A DNA stretch of 58,051 bases from positions 1-58,051 of the forward strand of contig CAYWJO010000018.1 in NCBI GenBank assembly GCA_964458565.1. Direction: 5' to 3'. The notes under the pieces were generated by a model, which did not search any database, was not told the DNA's origin, and saw only the letters and a list, made by a program, of their open reading frames with translations. This document shows positions 29,477 to 40,105 of the stretch, piece by piece. The DNA is from an uncultured archaeon (lineage in GTDB: Archaea > Asgardarchaeota > Thorarchaeia > Thorarchaeales > Thorarchaeaceae). How positions within the stretch are numbered: position 1 is the first letter of the stretch; the number at the start of each line of letters is the position of its first letter. The translations under genes and the position numbers were made by a program.

Positions 29477-31510
29477 ATGACTGAACCAGTACCATATCTA
29501 GATGAGAGGCGAAGCATCGAAGATAGAATAGAAGACTTGCTCTCACGACTCACACTTAAAGAGAAATTCTCTCTTCTCAGTAGCCAGGGGCGTCATAGAA
29601 TCTATACAACAAAGGAAATTAAACGACTTAAAATTCCAGGTTACAAGGTGACTGATGGACCTTTTGGTGTTGCCGGTCACTCAAGTGGGTTCAAGAAAAA
29701 CACTAGGTTTCCAGCTACCATTTCACTTGCAGCTTCATGGAATAGAGAACTCGCACGGAATGTAGGAACTGCTATAGGTAGGGAAACAAGAGCTACTGGT
29801 CGACATGTGCTTCTCGCGCCAGGAATAAATATCCAACGAACTCCTTTAGGAGGTAGGACATTTGAGTACTATAGTGAGGACCCATTTCTAACAAAGGAAC
29901 TGGCGGTTCAGTTTGTTAAGGGAGTTCAGAGTCAAGGGATTGCTGCGTGTGCAAAACACTACGCCGCAAATAATCAAGATAAAGATCGAAAGACCATGAG
30001 CACTGAGATAGACGAACGTACATTGCATGAGATATACCTTCGAGCATTCAGAGCACTAGTGAAGGATGCAGATGTCTGGACATTCATGACTTGTTATAAT
30101 AAGGTAAATGGGACCTATGGAGCTGAAAATCAGTATCTGATCCGTGATATTCTGATGGACAAGTGGGGATTTGATGGGATGGTTATGACAGACTGGCTTG
30201 CTACTGGAAAAATCCAGACAACAGAGGGATGTGTGGATGCAGGTCTTTCCCTTGAGATGCCATTTCCTACAAGATACAAAATCAGTTCGCTACAGAAAGC
30301 ATACAATGATGCTAAATTCAGTGATGATGCATTGAATTCTCTTGTAAGAAGAAATCTAAGAACGATGATGCGAACCAGAGCATTTGACAGACCCAAGTCT
30401 ATTAACCCTGGAGTTCGTAACACTCCTGAGCATCAAGAGTTAGCACGACATGCAGCTGAAGAGGGTATGGTTCTGCTGAAGAATGAGAGAAGACTTCTTC
30501 CGCTAAACATTGAAGATTTAGAGAGTATTGCATTACTAGGTCCTAACCTGAGGAAGAAGTTCGGAAGGATTGGGTATGGAGGATCCTCAGCAGTTGTGCC
30601 GCCTTATGAAATAACTCCATTTCAAGGAATGAAAAACAAATGTAAGGGGAAGGTAAAAATCATACAGAATCCAGCTCAAGCGGATGCAGTCATTCTTTTT
30701 GTAGGTTTGAATCACAGCAAGGGAATGGACGCTGAAACTGATGATAGAAGTACACTTGACCTTCCAGAACAACAAGTGGAGTTGATTAGAGAAACAGCTG
30801 CACAAAATGAAAATACGATTGTCGTTCTCATCGCTGGAAGCCCTATTGCCATGGAGCCATGGTTAAATGAAGTACCTGTGGTTCTCGATGCATGGTACTC
30901 TGGAATGGAGGGAGGAAATGCAATTGCCAATGTTCTCTTTGGAGATATCTGCCCTTCAGGTCGATTGCCCATAACATTTCCAAAGAAGCTCTCTGATTCT
31001 CCAGCACATCATTCAGGAGACCCACGAAATTATCCTGGTGATGATCAGAAGAAAGTTTTCTATGATGAAGGTATCTTTGTGGGATATCGCTGGTTCGATG
31101 AGAAGGATATTGAACCTCTATTTCCATTTGGTTATGGCCTCTCGTACACAGCGTTTGAACTAGATTCAATTACACCAGATAAAGAAACATTATCCTCGAC
31201 TGAAGATACGGTGACTCTTAGCATCGAGTTGAAGAATACAGGAGATGCCTCTGGCTCTGAAGTTGTCCAAGTATATTCCAGAAACCTTCAATCATCAGTC
31301 GAGAAACCTCCAAAGGAGTTAGTCGGATTCGAAAAGGTCTTCCTACATCCAAATGAAAGAAAGACTGTAAATATTCAAATCAAAGCAGAGGATCTTGGCG
31401 TCTATGATATATCTTCACATGATTGGTTTATTGAGCCAGGTGAGTTCCAATTGGAGATTGGACGATCATCACGTGAAACTCTAATAACGACTAAAATAAG
31501 CTACGAGTAA
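29477..31510 (+). CDS. GH3 beta-glucosidase with FnIII-like C-terminus (no signal peptide)
   Basis: TDGPFG, GRTFEYYSEDP, KHY, MTDW nucleophile, EGIFVGYRWF, PFGYGLSY. Confidence 0.95.
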   Translation: MTEPVPYLDERRSIEDRIEDLLSRLTLKEKFSLLSSQGRHRIYTTKEIKRLKIPGYKVTDGPFGVAGHSSGFKKNTRFPATISLAASWNRELARNVGTAIGRETRATGRHVLLAPGINIQRTPLGGRTFEYYSEDPFLTKELAVQFVKGVQSQGIAACAKHYAANNQDKDRKTMSTEIDERTLHEIYLRAFRALVKDADVWTFMTCYNKVNGTYGAENQYLIRDILMDKWGFDGMVMTDWLATGKIQTTEGCVDAGLSLEMPFPTRYKISSLQKAYNDAKFSDDALNSLVRRNLRTMMRTRAFDRPKSINPGVRNTPEHQELARHAAEEGMVLLKNERRLLPLNIEDLESIALLGPNLRKKFGRIGYGGSSAVVPPYEITPFQGMKNKCKGKVKIIQNPAQADAVILFVGLNHSKGMDAETDDRSTLDLPEQQVELIRETAAQNENTIVVLIAGSPIAMEPWLNEVPVVLDAWYSGMEGGNAIANVLFGDICPSGRLPITFPKKLSDSPAHHSGDPRNYPGDDQKKVFYDEGIFVGYRWFDEKDIEPLFPFGYGLSYTAFELDSITPDKETLSSTEDTVTLSIELKNTGDASGSEVVQVYSRNLQSSVEKPPKELVGFEKVFLHPNERKTVNIQIKAEDLGVYDISSHDWFIEPGEFQLEIGRSSRETLITTKISYE

Positions 31511-31665
31511 AGGAATCAATGTAGATACACGGAGTTACCCAAAGTCATTGATCTTGGTACATTCATAGATGATGATGTGTGTCTACCGGTCTGCATCGAA
31601 TGCAAAGTATCGGGGATGGTCGCTGATTGAATCATTATTTGGTTTAGGTTCACGTATCTAATCAA

Positions 31666-32166
31666 TTAGGGAAGTTCAAGTTTTATGGTCTTGATCTCGG
31701 TTACAGATTCAGGTGCTACATCTTGGAAAGGTCCGGTTGCCTCTCGATAAGTAACTGTGCCATTCTCATCCAATCCATCTAACCAGCTGCCTTTATGGAC
31801 ACCCCAAGAGCCTGTATCTGTATACTCTCGCGCATATCTTGACTTGTAGAGTGCCCAATCATCAAGCTCACTTTGATCTGAAACTTCAGAAGGTGCAGTA
31901 TCTGCAGGACCTATCCAATCAAATCTAGCTAAAGCACTATAAGGATCGCCACCAACTCGATCAGTAGTAGGATCCATTGTACTGCCCGAATAGGTTATTT
32001 CTACAACAACAGATAACCATAAACCCACATGCTGTAATCTGACCTCACCCTCAGGAGGACCATCATCATTGAAAGAACCGAAGTCAGTGTACCCAGATAA
32101 CCAGGGAAGACAGACTTCGCTTTCCACTTCTTTACATAACTGCTCTAGAAGCTTTTTAGTCTTCAT
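31666..32166 (-). CDS. Hypothetical acidic protein
   Basis: Open frame; likely ATG 32166 (MKTKKLL). Confidence 0.6.
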   Translation of the reverse strand: MKTKKLLEQLCKEVESEVCLPWLSGYTDFGSFNDDGPPEGEVRLQHVGLWLSVVVEITYSGSTMDPTTDRVGGDPYSALARFDWIGPADTAPSEVSDQSELDDWALYKSRYAREYTDTGSWGVHKGSWLDGLDENGTVTYREATGPFQDVAPESVTEIKTIKLELP

Positions 32167-32435
32167 AGGAATCCCAAGTTTGATTGCATCTCTAATTAAT
32201 AAATTGAGCTTGACAATCTGATTCAAGGAAAACTATTGAAATCTGGTATTATGAATTGACATGTTGCATCATAGAGCTCCTGTGAGAGTTTGCTGTATCG
32301 CTCTTGATCATCACCACACAAAGCTAAATCGTTTCAAGAGCCCAAGCCACCAGATAATTTCTAGTGGAATGACTAAAATAACCAAAGAATCCACTTCAAT
32401 GATTAGTAAAACACAGAGAAATAGGGGTACAAGAT

Positions 32436-33140
32436 TTGACCGAATCCACAATAGAAATCAAATGCATCAGAGTAAAAGGTACCTCACGATATCTGCTTGA
32501 TGAGAGAATTGCTGTTGAAGCACATCTAAAGCTGATCATAAATGGTGAAATCACATATTCTTTTATTCATAGTCCAGGTTTGGCTGAACAACTTGTAATT
32601 GGACACCTCTTGTCCGAAGGAGTAATCTCCACACGCAATGATATTGATAGAATTGAAATCACCAGTGACCATATCATAGAACTCTGGTTGAAGAGAACCA
32701 ACGAATTAAAAGAAGATTCGAGTTCTGAGATTCCACTCTCTATGGAAAATCTCCTTGGATTTCGAAAGATTCTGCGTGATAGTCAAAAACTTCACAAATC
32801 AACTCGAGGATTTCACGGAGCTTTGCTAGTTAATCTTGCAAACAAAAACTGGTTTATGTGCGAGGACATTGGTAGGCATAATGCGGTTGACAAAGTTATC
32901 GGATTTGGATCCGAGATGAATTATAATTTTGTAGAATGTCTACTCCTGGTATCTGGACGGCTTATCTCCAACATTGTATCCAAAGGAAGCAAAACAGGAA
33001 TAGCTGCAATGGCGTCAATGACTGTTGCTACCGATGAAGGAATTCGTATTGCTCAGCAATCCAATATGACCTTGATTGGAGCACTCTCAGATGCGGGATT
33101 CTGGCTGTACAATGAAGGAAGGGTTAAGATATCTCCATGA
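32436..33140 (+). CDS. fdhD: Formate dehydrogenase accessory sulfurtransferase
   Basis: GHLLSEG, TRGFHGA, EDIGRHNAVDKVIG, SGR. Confidence 0.9.
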   Translation: MTESTIEIKCIRVKGTSRYLLDERIAVEAHLKLIINGEITYSFIHSPGLAEQLVIGHLLSEGVISTRNDIDRIEITSDHIIELWLKRTNELKEDSSSEIPLSMENLLGFRKILRDSQKLHKSTRGFHGALLVNLANKNWFMCEDIGRHNAVDKVIGFGSEMNYNFVECLLLVSGRLISNIVSKGSKTGIAAMASMTVATDEGIRIAQQSNMTLIGALSDAGFWLYNEGRVKISP

Positions 33141-33159
33141 AGAATGATGAATAAGTAGA

Positions 33160-34590
33160 TCAGAAGATAGATTCAATAGTTAAATCATATTTCTTGATAA
33201 GATTTGTGAAAACTCGATAGAGTTCAGGATTAGGTTCTTTTTGAATGACCTCATTCAATATTTTGTTAACAAACTCTTTAGCCCTTGTTAGGGTTGATTT
33301 TGATCCCTCCTTTATCCACTGCCCTATTGTCAATCTATCAATTATAGGTGAAGGCATAAAATGCTCACTTCGCAGATATTGGGAAGTATGTTTCTGCTTT
33401 AGAAAGTCGCCACCATGACCAACTTGCTGGATCAAAGCAATCTCTGAATCAATATCTTCGGAACTAGATTCTTTGATGAATCGATATGCAGAACCACAGA
33501 GTTCATTGTCAATAACTAGTTTTTCTAGTGATTGACAGTTAATGTATGCCAGTACTCCAGGTCCAGATACAATATTGATTCCTACTAAAGCAGCTAGAAC
33601 TAGACCTATTCCAGATTCATAACCTGCTTGACTATCCTCAGTCTTTGAATCACTGAGTCCAATATAGGCGTGTGTGGGTAGGTTGTACATCTTACCAATT
33701 TCAGCAGATGAACATGAGGCTATCATAGCCTCACTTGAAGCAAAACGAGGAGTTGTATATCTCATATCCATTGGAGCGATTGCACCACCGTATATGACTG
33801 GAATACCAGGATTGACCAATTGAGCTAATACTACTCCACTCAATATCTCAGCATTTGTTTGTATCAATGTTCCACGGATCGTAATTGGACTTGTAGCCCC
33901 CATGAGGGGTGCCGGTACAATTTCAACAGGTAGACCAAGTTTGGCGCAGTCAATCAAGTTTTGAGCTGCTACTTCTGACCAGGTCAAAGGTGACGTTGGA
34001 CAACAATCAAAGATAGCTGATGGGTTTGATCTGAGTTCATCAGCTCCACGGATAGCCACCAGTAGGTCCCACATTTCGTTTATTCCATCTTTCCTAAATG
34101 CCCCGGTTATTACTGGTTTCGTTGAATGATTCAATACTAAGTACAAACGCGTGAAGTCTTTTACTACTTCAGGGATATCTGAAGGTATCAATGCTGTACT
34201 CTGCGCGTTGATGTATTCTAATTTCTCAACAATTTGAATAATCTCGATTAAATCATCAACAGTACCTTTTCTAATTTCACTGTTTTTTCGGTCTTTCATA
34301 AAGGATACAGATGACCCCGGATTGTATATGACATTATCATCACCTACTATCCAACTGCGTTTTTCATCTTGTGAATGTAATTCAAATGAAGAAGGTGATT
34401 TCTTTAGACTCTCTTCAATTAAATGGGGAGGAATCTTACAAAGGTTTGATTCTATCTCGCATCCAGCTTTCCCTAGGATTTGAATAGATTCCGCATTCTT
34501 GATTCTAATCCCAGTATTCTCCAAAATATTAAGTGATCCATCATGAATCGATTTCTTTTCAGTCGAGGAGAGAAATTGAATACGAGTCAT
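33160..34590 (-). CDS. MttB-superfamily methyltransferase, non-pyrrolysine
   Basis: SPL, LMGATSPIT..GTL.Q.NAEILSG, PMDMR, GLSDSK..D.QAGYES, EKLVIDNE, VGHGGDFL...HT. Confidence 0.92.
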   Translation of the reverse strand: MTRIQFLSSTEKKSIHDGSLNILENTGIRIKNAESIQILGKAGCEIESNLCKIPPHLIEESLKKSPSSFELHSQDEKRSWIVGDDNVIYNPGSSVSFMKDRKNSEIRKGTVDDLIEIIQIVEKLEYINAQSTALIPSDIPEVVKDFTRLYLVLNHSTKPVITGAFRKDGINEMWDLLVAIRGADELRSNPSAIFDCCPTSPLTWSEVAAQNLIDCAKLGLPVEIVPAPLMGATSPITIRGTLIQTNAEILSGVVLAQLVNPGIPVIYGGAIAPMDMRYTTPRFASSEAMIASCSSAEIGKMYNLPTHAYIGLSDSKTEDSQAGYESGIGLVLAALVGINIVSGPGVLAYINCQSLEKLVIDNELCGSAYRFIKESSSEDIDSEIALIQQVGHGGDFLKQKHTSQYLRSEHFMPSPIIDRLTIGQWIKEGSKSTLTRAKEFVNKILNEVIQKEPNPELYRVFTNLIKKYDLTIESIF

Positions 34591-34745
34591 AGGTAATATA
34601 TCACCTAATAGTCAACATGCGGTTTACCAAAATAAGTTATGGATTAAGAGAATTCAAAATATTGTGTACGAACCACAAGAATCAACATGAAAAAGAAATG
34701 TCTATATAAAAACAGGTTGACTGGTACCTGAGCTTAGGAGTAAAT

Positions 34746-35372
34746 TTGAGACCTAGATTGCGATTACTGAAGGTGCTAATTGTCTTTTCAATTATTTTCG
34801 CTGGTTTCTCTTTAGTAGTAGCACCCAGAATTGGTTTCACAAAAACGGAATACATTATCGAACAAGATTGGGGAATAGATTCCTCTTTCAGCCAAGATAT
34901 GATCCTTCAAGCAAATCATTCGTACAAGATTCAGATAACATATCATGATTCTGATGACTACGTAGCAGAAGTAGAGGGAACTGTACTTATTTATGTAAAC
35001 TCAGAGTTGATGAACGTATTGAGCTTCTCAAATATTGATCAAAAAGATATAGATGAAAACTCGATTTCTGTTAGTGATACTGAATTAATTTGGTTGTATC
35101 CTGACTATAATGGTGAATTACTTATTACAGGTCAGATGATAAAGGGGGATAATTGGTCAAGTATCATTTACAAGGACTTACCAGAGGATTTAGATAACCA
35201 AGAACTACTTTGGGCCATTTCAACAGCTATCGGAATTATCCTTGTAACAATCTTCGTTTTTGCATACTTACACTTTTCCCCAAAACATAACGAAGGATTG
35301 GTAATTGAATGCAAGGAACAAGATGAGGAAGGATTAGCTAATGAAAACTTGCTAGCTACAAATTACGATTGA
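34746..35372 (+). CDS. Hypothetical membrane protein (2 TM flanking an external domain)
   Basis: N- and C-terminal hydrophobic helices; RBS GGAG. Confidence 0.7.
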   Translation: MRPRLRLLKVLIVFSIIFAGFSLVVAPRIGFTKTEYIIEQDWGIDSSFSQDMILQANHSYKIQITYHDSDDYVAEVEGTVLIYVNSELMNVLSFSNIDQKDIDENSISVSDTELIWLYPDYNGELLITGQMIKGDNWSSIIYKDLPEDLDNQELLWAISTAIGIILVTIFVFAYLHFSPKHNEGLVIECKEQDEEGLANENLLATNYD

Positions 35373-35447
35373 ATCAACCTGTTTCAGTCAATGGTTGCAT
35401 AAATTATTATTGAATTATAGTTATGATTTGAGGAGAGATGAAGGTAT

Positions 35448-36215
35448 ATGGGAATTGTGAAAACAAAAGAAGAACTTGCAATGCGAGCCAAGAAATTTAC
35501 AGAGGGTTATACTCTCAGTGAAGTTACAATGGTAAATCTCATGTTTTCCACAACTATGGAAGCGATCGAGAATGTGTTACCACCACCTCTCGAACTACCT
35601 TCTGCACCTTTAGGAAGTGTCTATGTTGCTGAATTTCATAAATCGAGTTTCTGTCCACCGTACAATGAGGCAGCTATCTTTGTATCATGTGAGTATAAGG
35701 GGATATCAGGAAGTTATTGTCTATCAATGCCAGTTACAAATGACATTGCAATGATTGGAGGGAGAGAGATCTATGGATATCCAAAGAAAATTGCTGAGCA
35801 AATTGAAGTGACTCGTAATGGCGACAGAGTCACTGGTATGTGTGTGCGAAGAGGGGTGCCGATTATTGAAATTGATGCAACAATCACGGAACCATTTGAA
35901 GATGAAATTGGTTCATCGCCTCATTTTCTTTTGAAAACGTTCGCTAATGAAAAGGGATTAGGACCCGATATCAATCCAAGAATTGTAAAACAATTGAATC
36001 ATGTAAAATGGGGGACCAAGGAAGTCGGAAAAGCAACACTCTCGTTTGGTAAATCTACGCATGATCCATTTCATGAGATTCCGATTGAACAGGTATTAAT
36101 GGCACTATACACCGAAGGAACGGAGATACAAATGCCACCAGGAGAGATTCTTGTCGAAGTAAATCCCAAAGATATAGAGCCATATATTTGGATCAAGTAT
36201 GATTGGGACATCTAG
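35448..36215 (+). CDS. Acetoacetate decarboxylase family protein
   Basis: LPPPLE, PYNEAA, GREIYGYPKK Schiff-base Lys motif. Confidence 0.9.
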   Translation: MGIVKTKEELAMRAKKFTEGYTLSEVTMVNLMFSTTMEAIENVLPPPLELPSAPLGSVYVAEFHKSSFCPPYNEAAIFVSCEYKGISGSYCLSMPVTNDIAMIGGREIYGYPKKIAEQIEVTRNGDRVTGMCVRRGVPIIEIDATITEPFEDEIGSSPHFLLKTFANEKGLGPDINPRIVKQLNHVKWGTKEVGKATLSFGKSTHDPFHEIPIEQVLMALYTEGTEIQMPPGEILVEVNPKDIEPYIWIKYDWDI

Positions 36216-38392
36216 CAAGTATCCTTGATATTGGATGGAAGATCTCTACAGCTATTGAATTTATGAATTGAATGACTGATTTGTTCCATTTCAACTAAGA
36301 ACTCAATTCTTGATATTAAATTAATAATTTCATGTGCAGATTTACTCACATCAATCATGAAAGCGATATCATCAGCTCTGCTAGTCAATGCAGCTTTTAT
36401 TGAATCATTTTCAAGAATTTTTTCAAGAGGCTTTATTCGTCCAATATTCCAAGGAGTTGGATTATTTTCAATAACAAATACTAAACCTGAGATTATAGAT
36501 TCGTGGTCTAAAATAAATTCCAAATTATTCAATTGCTCGATAACATTCCAAGGGTCAAATCTCGTACGTATTTCATGGACAAGATCAGCAACACGTTCCG
36601 TGATAGTGGTTTGAAGATAGCCGTTTTTGCGAAGATATTCAACAGATCCAATATCTTTGAGTGACCACCAATACTCCCGATTACTTCGAATTATCTGAGC
36701 ATATCTTTCAACTGAGTTTTGCAGTGCTACCTGTAAATCAGAATTATTCTTGAGAGAAGGATATTCAAGAAATCCAGCTAATTGGTAGAGGGGCGTTTCG
36801 TTATCGATAAGCTCAATTATATCAGGTATGCTCAACTCTATTGAATTTTGGACAATTTCCGAATTATAAAACTCAGGATGTGTTTTCAGAGCATCAAAAA
36901 TCATCCAAGATTGATCACCCAAACCTATCGAATTAAAAATTGCACTTTGAATCGCCTTGTTTTCTGTGATATGACTGTGCATGATTATATTCTTAATTGG
37001 AATCCAAGGTGCTGGTCCTTCCTTTATCTCTTTGATGATATCGGATAACCGATTACCCAATTCTGATTGAATGAAATTATTTTTCATTAGCACAGGGCTA
37101 GCTGTAACTGCATCCACAAAATAAGATGGAATTTGAGTATTCCTTATTGCATCTATAATAGCATCCGTGATTGAGGGATCTACCATTAAATTGGAATACC
37201 CAGCAAATACTTTGATCGTACTGAAATCTTGATAGTTTCTAATATAATCTGCAAATTCAGAACGAATATTTGGGTCATCATAGATTATTGATACTGACGA
37301 TCCTCTACGCATGATATCAATAATAACCATGATACCATCATCAAAATGTACACGTCTTATAATATCAGGAATCTTATCTTTGATTGTGAGGCTTATCACA
37401 GGGTGATTCATAATCGATGGTATCTCATAGAGATAGCCTAAGACATACTCATCATCCCTAAGACCTTCAGCAATATAGTCAATCTGCTCATCAATAGCCT
37501 GTTGAATGAGTTTGTTCTCTAGTAATTCCCGACTGTATCGGATTGAGTAGAGAACATCCCATGGAGATTTATGTTTGCGGATTAATGTTGCGACAGCTCT
37601 TTGAATCTGAGGATTACTCATGAGTTTCCTGATATCAGAAATATCGAATATTATGGAGGCTGATGTTTCGAAAGTTTCTAATGATTCCACTATTGACTCA
37701 ACTATTAATGGATGCTCAATAATGGGGGGATAATTCCTAATCGCATAGATTACGAATGGTGCTTTTTCTGGGTTCTGTATTTGTTTAATAATATCATCTA
37801 GCCGATTTTCAATAGCACTCCAAACTGGTTTACTTTCATAAATAGCTCGTGACGTGAATGCTTCTTGTATTATTAAATGACAGTTTTCGTTCTTTTCAAT
37901 AGCAGTAGTAATCACTTCGGCTAGGTCGTGATTACCAATTAGAGATTCGTCTTCAATAATTGGCCTAATTAGTGGTGATCCATTCACATTATATACCACG
38001 GTATCAACAACAGCGGTTTGGATGGCTTCTATTGAAGTGAGACCTGGTACCTTTTGTAGTTCATAAAAGACATTCCAAGGAATTTCTGAATCGCGTATGG
38101 CTTTCGCTGAAGCCAGGATAATTCTATCATCACTGAAGATCCATGGTATGCAACATAGACCGTAGAGAATTACACTTGGAAATCTCGAGGACTCAATCGA
38201 TTCTTTGATGAACTCTATTCGGGGAATAATTAGTAACTTTGCTTCTTCTTGAACTTTAGCATCATCAGCTTCCTGAATATAGTAGAACCCATGCCATGGT
38301 TCACTTGAAGTTTTGATTGCTTCTAGAATTGAATCAATCCCTTCAGATGAAAGCCTTTGAAATCGCTCTCTTTCAGAATCATAATTCGCCAA
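36212..38392 (-). CDS. Alpha-helical repeat (HEAT/ARM-like solenoid) protein
   Basis: Recurrent I...PW.(I/V)...(I/L)...L..N..IQ.AI units along 726 aa. Confidence 0.7.
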   Translation of the reverse strand: MANYDSERERFQRLSSEGIDSILEAIKTSSEPWHGFYYIQEADDAKVQEEAKLLIIPRIEFIKESIESSRFPSVILYGLCCIPWIFSDDRIILASAKAIRDSEIPWNVFYELQKVPGLTSIEAIQTAVVDTVVYNVNGSPLIRPIIEDESLIGNHDLAEVITTAIEKNENCHLIIQEAFTSRAIYESKPVWSAIENRLDDIIKQIQNPEKAPFVIYAIRNYPPIIEHPLIVESIVESLETFETSASIIFDISDIRKLMSNPQIQRAVATLIRKHKSPWDVLYSIRYSRELLENKLIQQAIDEQIDYIAEGLRDDEYVLGYLYEIPSIMNHPVISLTIKDKIPDIIRRVHFDDGIMVIIDIMRRGSSVSIIYDDPNIRSEFADYIRNYQDFSTIKVFAGYSNLMVDPSITDAIIDAIRNTQIPSYFVDAVTASPVLMKNNFIQSELGNRLSDIIKEIKEGPAPWIPIKNIIMHSHITENKAIQSAIFNSIGLGDQSWMIFDALKTHPEFYNSEIVQNSIELSIPDIIELIDNETPLYQLAGFLEYPSLKNNSDLQVALQNSVERYAQIIRSNREYWWSLKDIGSVEYLRKNGYLQTTITERVADLVHEIRTRFDPWNVIEQLNNLEFILDHESIISGLVFVIENNPTPWNIGRIKPLEKILENDSIKAALTSRADDIAFMIDVSKSAHEIINLISRIEFLVEMEQISHSIHKFNSCRDLPSNIKDTC

Positions 38393-38837
38393 ACTTTTGC
38401 CCTCCTTTAGAACCTTGATTTCAAAGGGCTTGAATTCAGTGGTAAAGATTAACGAGAGCTTGCTCAGTGGTTTATATATTTGGTTGCAATAAGGTTCTTG
38501 ATATACATCAACAATGATAGTAGTGAATGCAACTCTCGCCCTTAAGGAAAAATGAATTCATTTCATTTTTACCTTTTCATAAAATAGAATCAAAATATGG
38601 ATACATGAAACCCTTGATTTTACTAGCTGTATGAAAGAAGTCAGGAGGGGAGGACCCCTCCATCACGCCTTATTTCGTCACACTCTCTCTTTCAAATATT
38701 ATTTCAGAAGGTGTTATTTAGTTCTGGACAACTACTGATTGACAAATTGTACAATTTGGGAGGAAAGTATCAATTTTGTTGCACACTACAACAACAATAT
38801 GGATTCATTCTGGTACATGCTTGTATTGATTAAATTG

Positions 38838-39788
38838 CTATCTCATTCCAGAGAGTAATTCTTCCAGTCTTACCCGACCAAGGCTACGACTAGCATGACA
38901 TGGATATAATATCATTGGCTCTGCTGATATTGTGAAAGAGGCGTTCTTAGCATCTAGCGTGATTCGTTCTACATCCTTCAGATTTGAACATGTAAAAAAG
39001 TTCAGTAGGGTTGGTTCACTAACAATTAGGAAGGAATTCCAATATTCATGACTGTGGCGTTTTTGTATCCACTTAACAATATCTTTGGGTTTAAAAGAGG
39101 ATTCATTAAATTTGAGCTTAAGTATGAAATTAGTATTACCTCGCGCACTGAAATTGAATTTTATGGTGAAATGAACGGCACCAGATGTCTGTAATTCGTC
39201 TAGTAGTACCCTAATACGTTTAGAACTCATTCCAGTTTTCGCGGAAATTGCTGAAATTGGAATCCTTGCATCATCCAGCAGTGATTGAAGTAATCGCAGT
39301 TGACCATTTGTCAATTGTATTGCTTCACCAGAACTCTGAAACCAGCTTCTTGAAGACAGAATCTGATTCGTTACAGGTAGCATCGGTTGAAGTTCTGCAC
39401 TTGTAACCTCTTTCTGGCTTCGTAAGAACTTTCCAATTTCATAAGATCCGTACTGACTGTCAACGTGGCAGTAGATCAAGTATTTTTCATTTCTTAACCA
39501 AGCTGTAACAAAGGTCATTGGATGCTTGTTGATTCTTTCAATAAATTTCCTGACATCTTCGTTTCCAGTTGTGGTGAGTTCAACAGACATCCATTCACAA
39601 TTAACCATTTTACGACTTAGTTCGATTGAAAATCGCTCGATTACTCCCAATTTCACTAGCTTATCCACTCTGCGTTTAATAGCTGATCGTGTAAGCCCAA
39701 GATTATCTGCTATTGTTTGAAAAGTAAGACGACAGTTACCATCCAGCTCGATCAATATCTGCTTATCAATCGCATCCAATTCGAACAC
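38838..39788 (-). CDS. Tandem-duplicated Lrp/AsnC regulator
   Basis: LDAIDKQILIELDGNCR...IKRRVDKLVKLGVI and second LLDDARIPISAIS HTH. Confidence 0.9.
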   Translation of the reverse strand: MFELDAIDKQILIELDGNCRLTFQTIADNLGLTRSAIKRRVDKLVKLGVIERFSIELSRKMVNCEWMSVELTTTGNEDVRKFIERINKHPMTFVTAWLRNEKYLIYCHVDSQYGSYEIGKFLRSQKEVTSAELQPMLPVTNQILSSRSWFQSSGEAIQLTNGQLRLLQSLLDDARIPISAISAKTGMSSKRIRVLLDELQTSGAVHFTIKFNFSARGNTNFILKLKFNESSFKPKDIVKWIQKRHSHEYWNSFLIVSEPTLLNFFTCSNLKDVERITLDAKNASFTISAEPMILYPCHASRSLGRVRLEELLSGMR

Positions 39789-40105
39789 TATTCCCTTGTT
39801 GAGAATAATATTGCTATCCTAGATGTAAGTATTCTCTTTTTTGCCGGCGCTGTACAATTAGCTCCGAAGGACTATCTTCACACACTTCAAGGAGAAATGT
39901 GGTCAATAATAAAAATCAGAAATCACATAACATTCACAAAAGGACGAGAATCAATTCCAACTGTTCTCGTAATTGGGATAGCTTCACACGTCTATCTCTA
40001 GATAACTTTCATGTTAAACACTGCGCTGGTCATTTGCTTTAAGTAGTAAATTGAAGGAATTAATGTTGAATACTGATAGAACTCGGTGACATTGGTTTGA
40101 TACGT

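Noticed and set aside
31511-31630. Short frame ending in VCLPVCIECK
   Set aside because: No start codon and under 40 codons; at most an unidentifiable remnant
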